Assembly (NCBI GenBank): GCA_046538465.1
Contig: JBKHIW010000001.1
Span: 1 to 24,451 of the forward strand
Reading direction: 5' to 3'
From: Desulfobacteraceae bacterium
Lineage (GTDB): Bacteria > Desulfobacterota > DSM-4660 > Desulfatiglandales > HGW-15
Length of the DNA stretch: 24,451 nucleotides
Numbering within the stretch: the stretch's first letter is position 1; each line of letters opens with the position of its first letter. The notes beneath the pieces were generated by a model. That model saw only the letters and a list, made by a program, of their open reading frames with translations. It was not told the DNA's origin and made no database searches. Shown here in pieces: positions 7,940 to 16,612 of this stretch. Made by a program: the position numbers and the translations under genes.

Positions 7940-10900
7940 CGCCACCGGCCTTTATATCGGGGAGCGGCCCAAGGGCTTCAAGGTTTGGAAATTCTTCCTG
8001 TATTTGGCTCTCGCCGCTCTAGTCGGCCTCCTCGCCCTGTTGGGCGCGGTCTATTATGATGTCTCCAGGGAGGCCGCCTCCCGTATACAGGAAGGGGTCA
8101 TCCGTCGGGTTATCTTTTCAGAAAGCCCTGTCTACTATGACGACGGAGAGACCCTCATAGGTGTCTTTTTTGAGAAAACTCACAGGCGCTACATTGATTA
8201 CGAAGACATCCCCAAGGTCTTTGTAAAGGCCATAGTAGCGGCGGAAGACAAAAGTTTTTTCGACCACCCCGGATTCGACCTAACCGCTATAATGCGTGCC
8301 TTTGTAGCCAATATCAAAGCCGGGCGTGTGGTCCAGGGGGGAAGCACCATCACCCAGCAGACCGCCAAGAACGTCTTCGAGAGGCAGCGGCGTTCATATA
8401 CAGCAAAGCTGAAGGAGCTCTTTCAGGCCCTGCTCCTGGAGCGTAAATACTCTAAGGAGCAGATCTTGGAGTTTTATGTGAACCAGTTCTTTGTGAGCGG
8501 CTTCGGACGGGGCCTTCAAATCGCCTCCAGGTATTTTTTCGACAAGGACGCCAAGGACCTGGACTTGGTGGAAAGCGCATTCATCGCAGGCTGTGTCAAG
8601 GGGCCCAACAGGTACAACCCCTTTATTAAGAAGACCGAGACCGAAAAAGAGAGGGCCCTTCGGGAGGCTGAGACTCGCAAGGACTATGTCCTGGATCAAA
8701 TGCTGGCTCTTAATTTCATAACAAGCGAGGAACACCGGCGTGCCTGCGACAGGGAGATACCCTTCAAAGAGGGGCGGGTGACTTATCGTTTGAACGTAAT
8801 ACTGGACTATGTCCGCGAGCAGCTCCAGTCACCCTATTTCCGGACGGTATTGGAAGAGGAAGGCATAGAAAACATAGCCACCTCGGGGATAAGAATCTAT
8901 ACATCAATAAACCGAGAACTCCAAAGAGGTGCACTAAAGGGCCTGAGGACCCATCTTCCCAAGCTTGACGTGCAGCTCCTGGGATATGACGGGAAGGCGC
9001 TCCAGGACCGTTACGCCGGACTCCGGGAGAACCCTTCGAAGCTCGGAGACGAAGGCCTGCCGCTTATAGCCCGAGTGGACAGCGTGAACGCAGACCCGGA
9101 CCGGCTGAATTTGAGAGTCTCTTGGGAAGACGGGGAGGGCCTCATTGAGTTTCAAGGGATGAGAGAGCTGGGCAAGGCATGGATTCAGGGCCGAAGAGGC
9201 CCATGGGCCTCATTCGAAAAGGAGGAAGCTAAGGAGTTTCTTGGCTTGTTCGAAGAGGGGGATCTGGTCGCGGTGGCCCCTGATGAAGGACAAGGAACGA
9301 ACGGTCTTTGTCTTACCCAGATCCCTGAGCTGGAAGGGGGTACAATAATACTTCAAGATGGAATGATACGAGCCATGGCGGGTGGATATTTCAACCATCA
9401 CTTCAATCGTGCGGCAGACGCCAAACGGCAGATGGGCTCTGCATTCAAGCCACTGGTCTACACAGCAGCCCTTCAGCTCAAATGGAATCCCCTGGATCTC
9501 TTGAAGAACACAAAGGATGCATTCAATTTCGAGAAGACATCCTATCTCCCCAACCCGGACCATGAACCGCAATCCGAGGAGGTGTCCATGGCCTGGGCCG
9601 GGGTGAAATCGGAAAACCTTGCCACAGTTTGGCTTCTGTATCATCTCACCGATCATCTGAATCTCAGCGAGTTTCGGGAGGTGGTAAAGCATATCGGGCT
9701 GCATCGACGTTCCGATGAATCCTACCAGGACTATGCAGGAAGGATCAGAGATCGGCACGGAGTGGTGGTTAATGAAGACGCATTGATGGAGGCGTCCTTT
9801 ATAGAGGCGAAAAGGGCGATTGAATCCGATGTGATATTTGCGGGGCACGCAGAGGCCCTTAACAACCTCAGGAGACTCCATTACCAGGTAGACAAAGAAG
9901 CCCTGGATCTCAAGGACCCCGCCCACAGGCGGATCCTGCGCTTGAATTATCAGAGATTGAAGGACCTCAATATTGAGCTAAAGGAGATCCTTAAGCGAAC
10001 CAGGACCCTTTTGAACCGGGTGCCCACCGGCCGGGAGGCTGACGAGAGGAGCCATGGCGAGCTCTCCGCCTTGCTGGGCAGATTTGTGATCGAAGACCGA
10101 GGTGGACAGGGTCGGAGGCGGGTGGTGTTTCCGTTTACAGCCTCAGGGGAAAGAGAAGGCCTCGGAAACCCCTTGTCCTTGGACCAGGTCCTGAGGGACC
10201 CTGGACTGCTCGATCCAGGACGGATATGGATCGACGCCCTTTTGCCCTCGGAGGTGCTCGATTTCCTTCGCTCGAGCATGGTGAGCATATACAAGGACCT
10301 GAAGTCACAGCAACGGTATGACTTGGAACTGCTTTACAGGATCAGGGATTTCAGGACCTTGGTAAATCTCCATTATGTGCTGGAATTGGCCCGTCGGAGC
10401 GGGATTTCCACTCCCCTGGACCCGGTTCTCTCGTTTCCCTTAGGTTCAAATGCAGTAGGCATAGCCGAGATGGCCCGGGCTTACCATACTATGATGTGCG
10501 GCCGGGTACGGCCCTTGGGCCGAACCCTGTCCGAGGAGATGATCCCGGTGATCAAACGGATCGAGGACCGTCAAGGCGAGCTGATTTGGGAATACCAAGG
10601 AGGTGGACTGGAGATCCTCTCGCCGAAGATTTCCGGCATGATCTCGGAGATTCTTCGCCTGGTGATAGAGGAGGGAACCGGAAAACGTGCGAGAGGGAAA
10701 GTCCTTTTATCTGTGCCCGCCGGGGACGGTGACGAGATAGAGCTTCCCATCCCGGCCTTCGGAAAGACCGGAACGGCCAACCGTTTCACCAATTCCGCGT
10801 TCATGGGATTCGTACCTGGACCCGGCGGGGAAAGCAACGCCCTGGACAGGGAGAGAGGGTTTGTTATAGCTACATATGCAGGATTTGACGATAACAGCCC

Positions 10901-11237
10901 CATGAAAAGTGATCGTATTACTGTATACGGCTCTTCCGGCGCCCTTCCCATATGGATCGATACAGCCAATGCAGTGGTCAACAGCCCCTTTTATAGGAAA
11001 GGGCTTCGCCTGGCCGATCTGGCATTCGAGATTCGCCCCGGGCTTCTTAAAAGGCCCGAGGGCCTCCATCCCGTGGAGGTGGACGCAGCAACCGGACTGC
11101 CTGTCAGGAGGAAAGAGGAAAGGTCACCGGGAAGGACTGTATACATACTATCGAATGTGAATGTGGAAGACGGAACCGTGCGGCTCAACAGAGTGTTCGA
11201 GCCCATACAAGGAGCCGGTGAATATGGGAAAGACTAA
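7920..11237 (+). CDS. Class A penicillin-binding protein (PBP1A-like transglycosylase/transpeptidase) with large insertions
   Basis: N-terminal TM anchor. GT51 motifs EDKSFFDHPG, GGSTITQQTAK, KEQILEFYVN. Transpeptidase motifs SAFK (9438), SEN (9609), KTG (10764). 1105 aa. Confidence 0.9.
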   Translation: MAKSLRDATGLYIGERPKGFKVWKFFLYLALAALVGLLALLGAVYYDVSREAASRIQEGVIRRVIFSESPVYYDDGETLIGVFFEKTHRRYIDYEDIPKVFVKAIVAAEDKSFFDHPGFDLTAIMRAFVANIKAGRVVQGGSTITQQTAKNVFERQRRSYTAKLKELFQALLLERKYSKEQILEFYVNQFFVSGFGRGLQIASRYFFDKDAKDLDLVESAFIAGCVKGPNRYNPFIKKTETEKERALREAETRKDYVLDQMLALNFITSEEHRRACDREIPFKEGRVTYRLNVILDYVREQLQSPYFRTVLEEEGIENIATSGIRIYTSINRELQRGALKGLRTHLPKLDVQLLGYDGKALQDRYAGLRENPSKLGDEGLPLIARVDSVNADPDRLNLRVSWEDGEGLIEFQGMRELGKAWIQGRRGPWASFEKEEAKEFLGLFEEGDLVAVAPDEGQGTNGLCLTQIPELEGGTIILQDGMIRAMAGGYFNHHFNRAADAKRQMGSAFKPLVYTAALQLKWNPLDLLKNTKDAFNFEKTSYLPNPDHEPQSEEVSMAWAGVKSENLATVWLLYHLTDHLNLSEFREVVKHIGLHRRSDESYQDYAGRIRDRHGVVVNEDALMEASFIEAKRAIESDVIFAGHAEALNNLRRLHYQVDKEALDLKDPAHRRILRLNYQRLKDLNIELKEILKRTRTLLNRVPTGREADERSHGELSALLGRFVIEDRGGQGRRRVVFPFTASGEREGLGNPLSLDQVLRDPGLLDPGRIWIDALLPSEVLDFLRSSMVSIYKDLKSQQRYDLELLYRIRDFRTLVNLHYVLELARRSGISTPLDPVLSFPLGSNAVGIAEMARAYHTMMCGRVRPLGRTLSEEMIPVIKRIEDRQGELIWEYQGGGLEILSPKISGMISEILRLVIEEGTGKRARGKVLLSVPAGDGDEIELPIPAFGKTGTANRFTNSAFMGFVPGPGGESNALDRERGFVIATYAGFDDNSPMKSDRITVYGSSGALPIWIDTANAVVNSPFYRKGLRLADLAFEIRPGLLKRPEGLHPVEVDAATGLPVRRKEERSPGRTVYILSNVNVEDGTVRLNRVFEPIQGAGEYGKD

Positions 11238-12633
11238 ACTGGGAAAAATCACGCTTCTCCTGTCTTTCATTCTTCTGGTGGGGACGGCCGGGGGCTGTGC
11301 ACCCGGCCGGATCGGCTTCCCCGCAGCTGAAAAGGAGATCCGGACAGAAGAACCCTTGCTCGACCCGTCCGAGGTGGAAAGGCGTATAGACCGATTGGAA
11401 GAGGCCTTGACAAAGGATCTTGACGAAGAAAGAGAGGCCGAGCTTCAAAGACTGCTCTCGGACTACCGGAAGACACGCTCTTATCTCGGCCGTCCCGGTC
11501 GAAGCGGTGATGAAAAACATGTAGTAAAGATTCTTTATCATGCGCTGACCAGACTGGAGGAGAGCTACCTGGAGATGTCGCGGGCGGTCCGCCCTTCCCC
11601 TCCGGAAATAACGGGCGCTCTCTCAGATCAAAAAGAGCGCATCTTGAACGCTTATGTGGCCGGCGACCACGGAGCGGTGTTGAGCGGGCTCGATGATCTG
11701 GAGGCTGAATACGGGCCCGGCTATTTGGACCCGGCTCTTGGAGTGATCAAGGCCTTATCACTTGCAGAGCAGGGGAAAAAGGCCGAGGCCTTGGATCTGG
11801 CAGAAAAGATCCTCCCCGAGCTCGAAACCCGTCCCGGGTCGGCGGTGCTCAGAGGTAAGATGGTTTCCTGGTATGTGGAAACGAATCGTCCGGATCAGGC
11901 CCGTGCTCAGTATGAAAAGCTGGTGGATGATCTGCAGGAGACAAAGGTGGCGATCAACCGCGCGGGGAGAACACTGGCCCGCTTAGGCATTGAATCCCGG
12001 ACCGATATTGAAGCGATGGACGAGCCTAAGCCTCCACCCGGGGGGAAGGGGCAAACTGAACTCACCGGGACAGAGGATTTGATTAAGGAAGTAAACAGGC
12101 TCATAAGTGAGGGGGCCTTCCATGAGGCCAAGCTTCTCCTGGTCAGACACCGTATACGCTCGGCAGGCGAGGAAGACCGCGCGCTTATCGACCGGGCCAT
12201 GAAACGGGTGGAGGAGGCCGAAGCTCAGGCTGGAGAAGAGGATGAGCCTGCAGTTCAACGGGAATCCGGTTCGGGAGAGGCCTTGACCGATGCCCGCCGC
12301 CTGATTGAACAAGAGGACTACGAGGGGGCGCTGGCCAGCATAGAGGAGATGGAGCGGGAGGAGGCGTCTCTTGCCGCACTCCGCGACCTCAGGCGGGAGG
12401 CCACTGAGAAACTGATTCACAAGGAGCGTGAAGAGGCCGCCCAGCTCTATCTTCAAGCCAGAAACGCCAAGGACGAAAAAGAGAAAAAGGCCCTGCTTGC
12501 ATCTTGCTACAAGATTCTGCAAGGGCTTCTGGAGCGCTTCCCGGGCACGGATATGACGGAAAAGCTGGAGCGCAACCTGAAGACCGTACGAGAGGAAATG
12601 AAGTCTGTGGGCATGTCTCCTCCGCACCCCTGA
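11224..12633 (+). CDS. Putative lipoprotein, alpha-helical/TPR-like, function unknown
   Basis: From ATG 11224 (GGAG upstream): MGKTKLGKITLLLSFILLVGTAGG-C25, i.e. basic N-terminus, hydrophobic core and lipobox. Mature part is E/K/R/L/A-rich and helical. Overlaps the PBP stop by 14 nt. Confidence 0.7.
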   Translation: MGKTKLGKITLLLSFILLVGTAGGCAPGRIGFPAAEKEIRTEEPLLDPSEVERRIDRLEEALTKDLDEEREAELQRLLSDYRKTRSYLGRPGRSGDEKHVVKILYHALTRLEESYLEMSRAVRPSPPEITGALSDQKERILNAYVAGDHGAVLSGLDDLEAEYGPGYLDPALGVIKALSLAEQGKKAEALDLAEKILPELETRPGSAVLRGKMVSWYVETNRPDQARAQYEKLVDDLQETKVAINRAGRTLARLGIESRTDIEAMDEPKPPPGGKGQTELTGTEDLIKEVNRLISEGAFHEAKLLLVRHRIRSAGEEDRALIDRAMKRVEEAEAQAGEEDEPAVQRESGSGEALTDARRLIEQEDYEGALASIEEMEREEASLAALRDLRREATEKLIHKEREEAAQLYLQARNAKDEKEKKALLASCYKILQGLLERFPGTDMTEKLERNLKTVREEMKSVGMSPPHP

Positions 12634-12635
12634 TA

Positions 12636-13784
12636 TTAAAGGAATCTCGCCCTGGTGATGGCATCCCTGCCGAATCGGGTTCGAATTTCATCCACGGCCT
12701 GCTCCAGGGACTCCCACGCCTTGAGTGGATCATGGCTCTCGAAAAGGCTCAATTGCAAGTGTCCGTCTCGTACCGGAGAGAGGTTTGAAAGACCGATACC
12801 TATCAATCGGTATTTGTCTCTTCCAGAGGCCGTCCTTTGGAGGAGCCTTACCCCTTCCCTGTATATGACATAGGTCGAGGCGGTGGGCCGGGCAAGAGTC
12901 GCACTCCTGGTCAAGGAGCCGAAATCCGCCTTCTTCAGCTTGAGCGTCACGGTCACGCCTTGGAGGCCCTTCATTCTGGCCCTGGCACCCACGATCTCGG
13001 ATTGAGCCAGGAGTTCCGCCTTCAACCTTTCCGCGTCAGCGGTGTCCTCACACAGGGTCTCCTCGCTGCTGATGGACTTGACCTCGGACCTCTTTTCCAC
13101 CGGGGTTTCGTCCATCCCCCGGGCCAGTTCCAGGAGGCGGCTACCCGGCCCCCCGGGGCGTCCTTGAAGCCTGAGTACGTCGCCCAATGTCCTCAGCCCC
13201 TCGGATTCCAGGGCCGCTGCAGTCTTGGCCCCCACGCCCGGCACCTTTCTGAGTTCGAGTCCGTGGACTACCGAGTCCACATCCTCAGGCCTTATTACCG
13301 TGAGGCCGTCAGGTTTTTCCATATCCGAGGCCACCTTGGCCAGAAACCTGTTGGGGGCCACTCCCACCGATCCGGTGAGCGAGGTGCGCTCCATTATACG
13401 CCGCTTGATCTCTCTTCCCGTCTCCACCGGAGGCCCGTTCAAACGCCTGGATCCGGTGAGGTCGATATACGCCTCATCGATTGAGACCTGCTCAACTGAA
13501 GGCGAGAAATCCTTCAGCACCTCCATGACCTTGCAGGAGACCTCTTTGTATCGCGCCATGCGCACTGGAAGGAAAATGCCGTGAGGACACAACCGCTTTG
13601 CCTGGAAGATCGGCATGGCCGATCGTACCCCGAAGACCCGCGCCTCGTAGCTGGCCGTAGAGACCACCCCACGCCGGCCTGTCCCGCCTACCACAACCGG
13701 CTTCCCCCTGAGCTCGGGCCGGTCGAGCTGCTCCACCGCCGCATAAAAGGCGTCCATGTCCACGTGAAGGATCACCCGTTGCAT
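12636..13784 (-). CDS. dinB: DNA polymerase IV (Y family)
   Basis: HVDMDAFYAAVE, STASYEAR, SIDEAY, FLAKVASD..KPDG, VPGVG, and a C-terminal beta-clamp motif QLSLF. Confidence 0.95.
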   Translation of the reverse strand: MQRVILHVDMDAFYAAVEQLDRPELRGKPVVVGGTGRRGVVSTASYEARVFGVRSAMPIFQAKRLCPHGIFLPVRMARYKEVSCKVMEVLKDFSPSVEQVSIDEAYIDLTGSRRLNGPPVETGREIKRRIMERTSLTGSVGVAPNRFLAKVASDMEKPDGLTVIRPEDVDSVVHGLELRKVPGVGAKTAAALESEGLRTLGDVLRLQGRPGGPGSRLLELARGMDETPVEKRSEVKSISSEETLCEDTADAERLKAELLAQSEIVGARARMKGLQGVTVTLKLKKADFGSLTRSATLARPTASTYVIYREGVRLLQRTASGRDKYRLIGIGLSNLSPVRDGHLQLSLFESHDPLKAWESLEQAVDEIRTRFGRDAITRARFL

Positions 13785-13816
13785 AATTTATCCCTGTCCC
13801 AAATTCGATCCCTGGA

Positions 13817-14575
13817 TCAGCGGGGGGCTCCATAAGGGCCCATGAGCATGTTTCGCAGGCGTCTGTAGGCAAGGTCCATCAAAGGCTCCAAATTGACGAT
13901 ATCGGCCTTGTTGTACTCGATCAAGCGCTCCAGTGCGGACTTGTCCCCGCACCGTTGGTACTCCGCCCATAGCAGTACGGCGTGGTATCCGTTCATACCT
14001 TCCACTCCCGGGGTCCTCTCAAGTCCCACCTTACGTTCAATGGACTTGAGGCCTCCTCTCAGTCCTATACGCCGCAGCAAAAAGCGCAGATCGATATGGA
14101 CGGGCGGCATGGAAATGCCGGGAAAGGTGCGCCTGATGAACGGCAGGTCAAAACCTGCGCCGTTGAACGTGACTACCACGTCATACCGGGCGATTGAGCT
14201 CTCAAAGTCTTCCAGATTGAATCCGTTTACAAAAGTCTCCACCCTGGATCCGTCATAGAGCCCTATCACGGTAATTTCGTCGAAACCCTCATAACCGCCG
14301 CTGGTCTCAATATCCAGGTACACGGCCCTGTTTCTGAACTCCTTGAAAAGCCGCCACACCTCCGATCCGGGAAGACGCTCGGCAAAGTAATCCGCCTCAT
14401 GAAGGCGCCTCAGGCTTCGCTCCAGCTCCGTCCTGGCGAGGCTGTCCCGGGCAGAAGGGAGTACCGCGCCGCCACTGCCCAGGAAGTCCTCCCAAGTCCT
14501 GAGCCCTAGAGCCCAGAGTCTTTGCTCGGTCTTGAATCCTATTCCGGGTATGTGGAGAAAAGTGCTTTTCAGCAT
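13817..14575 (-). CDS. RNase H-like (RNase_H_2/YprB-like, COG3359-type) DEDD exonuclease with N-terminal helix-hairpin-helix
   Basis: HIPGIG HhH motif; YLDIET, TFNG..FDLPF, GGLKSIE, YNKADI acidic motifs; 252 aa. Confidence 0.8.
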   Translation of the reverse strand: MLKSTFLHIPGIGFKTEQRLWALGLRTWEDFLGSGGAVLPSARDSLARTELERSLRRLHEADYFAERLPGSEVWRLFKEFRNRAVYLDIETSGGYEGFDEITVIGLYDGSRVETFVNGFNLEDFESSIARYDVVVTFNGAGFDLPFIRRTFPGISMPPVHIDLRFLLRRIGLRGGLKSIERKVGLERTPGVEGMNGYHAVLLWAEYQRCGDKSALERLIEYNKADIVNLEPLMDLAYRRLRNMLMGPYGAPR

Positions 14576-14584
14576 AACGGCAAG

Positions 14585-15787
14585 CTATGGTCCGCAAAAA
14601 AGCCCGTTCTCATAGAGAAGCAGCTCGTCCCCGGATTCCAGGAGGGCGGTCACCCGCTTAGGCTCAGTGTTAACCAGGTCCCAGTGGAGGGCTGAATCAT
14701 TGAAGCCCAGATCCTCCTTTCGCTCTTTGGTAAGAGAGGCCGGGTCGCCGTCAAAGGTGTCCGAGTAGGAGGAGCCCAATGCTATGTGGCAGTTGCCGTA
14801 CCGCCCACCGAAGTTTTCATCGAAGAGCGTATTGGCCATAAAGCGGTCTATCCGGGAAAAGCGCCTGTCCGTCAGGCTGAACTCTCCTATACGACAAGCA
14901 CCTTCGTCCATTGCCGCCTGCTTGCGAACGAACTCCGCCCCCGTCTTGGCCCCCACCTTGACCGCCCGACCCTTCCTGAATTCCAATCGGACACCCTGGA
15001 CGTAATTGCCGCTCCTGAAAGAAGGCTGATCAGCATAATAAACGCCCTCTGTTCCCCGCCAATCAGGGGACATAAAGATCTCGAAGCTGGGTATATTATG
15101 CCCGGAGATACCCACCCATTTCCTCTGCTCTCCTTGCCTCACCCGGAGGTCCACGCGTTCGGACTCCAGATGCAATTCCTTGATTCGAAGAGCGTTCAGC
15201 CATTCCTTGATCGTTGCGGCCTCCCTGTAAATATTTTCCCATTGGGCGACCGGATCGTCGGTATTGAGATAACAGGCCTTTATAATCTGATGGGCGTACT
15301 GCCTGGGAGTCAACCCTGCCCGTTTGGCAAGCTCTTCAGTGGGCACCATGCACAGGGTCCATCCAAAGCTTCCGCGGTCTTCCCTCCGGTTGAGTATATC
15401 CCTCAGGGGCTTGACCGCCACAGCCGCCCTGCCAATCCTCTTGGGGTCAATCCGCCTGAGGTGGGTCAGAGACTCGGGTGCATGCAGGTAAATGCTCCCG
15501 TTGAGGCCTTCATAGAGTTCGCTCGTACCCGGGGGAATGAAGACCAGCTGATCATTGTCCGCCTTTTGAAAAAAATTCTTTTCCATTAAATGTGTGAGTC
15601 CCATCCGCATCACCGGGTGGTACCCGAAGTCCATAAGCCTTGAATGCACTATCTCGGCCAGGGGGACCGCCGCCCGATCGAATCGCACTATTACTACGTC
15701 TCCCCTGGAGAAAGGCTCCTTTCTCGCTGTCTGCATCCCCCAGAGCAGCACTTGAGCGTACTTTTCCATGGTTTGCTTTCCAAGCAT
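14585..15787 (-). CDS. Aminopeptidase, peptidase M29 (AmpS/AmpT-like)
   Basis: KYAQVL, NIPSFEIF..P, GEF, FDEN..G.CHIALG..Y, NDSALHWD; GGAGG RBS; 400 aa. Confidence 0.88.
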   Translation of the reverse strand: MLGKQTMEKYAQVLLWGMQTARKEPFSRGDVVIVRFDRAAVPLAEIVHSRLMDFGYHPVMRMGLTHLMEKNFFQKADNDQLVFIPPGTSELYEGLNGSIYLHAPESLTHLRRIDPKRIGRAAVAVKPLRDILNRREDRGSFGWTLCMVPTEELAKRAGLTPRQYAHQIIKACYLNTDDPVAQWENIYREAATIKEWLNALRIKELHLESERVDLRVRQGEQRKWVGISGHNIPSFEIFMSPDWRGTEGVYYADQPSFRSGNYVQGVRLEFRKGRAVKVGAKTGAEFVRKQAAMDEGACRIGEFSLTDRRFSRIDRFMANTLFDENFGGRYGNCHIALGSSYSDTFDGDPASLTKERKEDLGFNDSALHWDLVNTEPKRVTALLESGDELLLYENGLFCGP

Positions 15788-15875
15788 ATTACAAAGCCTC
15801 CTCGCTCTACCGTGTCCAAGGATTCGACCGCCGGACTCTATATCGCCACTCCCCTGCTTCTACTCGGGGCTTTTC

Positions 15876-16466
15876 TCAAAAAACCGCCGGCTTGCAGATC
15901 AACTCCCTGACCCTGAGGTCGAAGAGATGAAAGCTGTTTGCAGGCTTGAGCACCATTGCGGTATCGATCCCTGTTGAAGTTCCGCCTGTAGATATCACGT
16001 CCCTATCCGTTCGGATCAGCCCGGCGTCAGCGGCCATGAGAGCAAGCTCCACCGCCACCTTTGTACCTTGGCCGAAGGTGCGATAAGTGTAGGCGATTAT
16101 CTCATCGAGTTGGTATGTGGAGAGCTTGTCGCGCACCCCTCTCCCCACTCCTCCGAATGCGTGCTGGCAGGTGAGGACCTTGACTCCCGAGGCCTCCAGC
16201 CTCTCTCTCGCTTCTTGGCTGAGTTCCTGGTGATCGGGCTCTCGAAAGCCGGTGACATGGCTCACCGCCACAATCCGGATAGCGGAAGGAAAAACCTCCA
16301 GCGCCTCGAACGCGGTCTTTCCGCTGCAGGTAGGGATAAGGACTTTTTCTATGCCCAGCTCTCCAGCCCTTTGAACAACCATCTCCAGGACCCGGCGGGT
16401 ATTCTTCGGGCCCGGCTTGTCGAAATACTCACAAGATACCTGCCGGCAACCGGTAATATCAGACAT
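15876..16466 (-). CDS. Stand-alone pyruvate-kinase C-terminal-domain-like protein (COG1751/MTH1675-like)
   Basis: YFDKPGPKNT..VL, VSHVTGF, HAFGGVGR, RTFGQGTKVAVE..LMAADAG, GGT..GIDTA; GAGGAGG RBS. Confidence 0.75.
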   Translation of the reverse strand: MSDITGCRQVSCEYFDKPGPKNTRRVLEMVVQRAGELGIEKVLIPTCSGKTAFEALEVFPSAIRIVAVSHVTGFREPDHQELSQEARERLEASGVKVLTCQHAFGGVGRGVRDKLSTYQLDEIIAYTYRTFGQGTKVAVELALMAADAGLIRTDRDVISTGGTSTGIDTAMVLKPANSFHLFDLRVRELICKPAVF

Positions 16467-16586
16467 TTAGGCTTGTCCTCCTCTTTTGCTGGATTTCATG
16501 TCAGGTGGAACCGCTCTCTTCAGGCCCTTGTTTACACTGTTCAGCAGGAAAGGGGCAACCCAAAACCCGTCTGCCCCGGCCTGCGG

Positions 16587-16607
16587 AAAAAAGGCCCCCT
16601 TGGGCCT
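16587..16607 (-). terminator. Intrinsic terminator after mqnL
   Basis: Minus strand AGGCCC-AAGG-GGGCCT hairpin followed by a U tract, 6 nt after the mqnL stop. Confidence 0.7.
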
Positions 16608-16612
16608 CCGGT

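Noticed and set aside
15830-15847. GGCGATATAGAGTCCGGC on the minus strand, superficially like a fluoride riboswitch 5' motif
   Set aside because: Spacing and pairing do not fit the GGnGAUGrnGUyCnCC consensus, the downstream pseudoknot partner is absent, and the downstream gene is an aminopeptidase.
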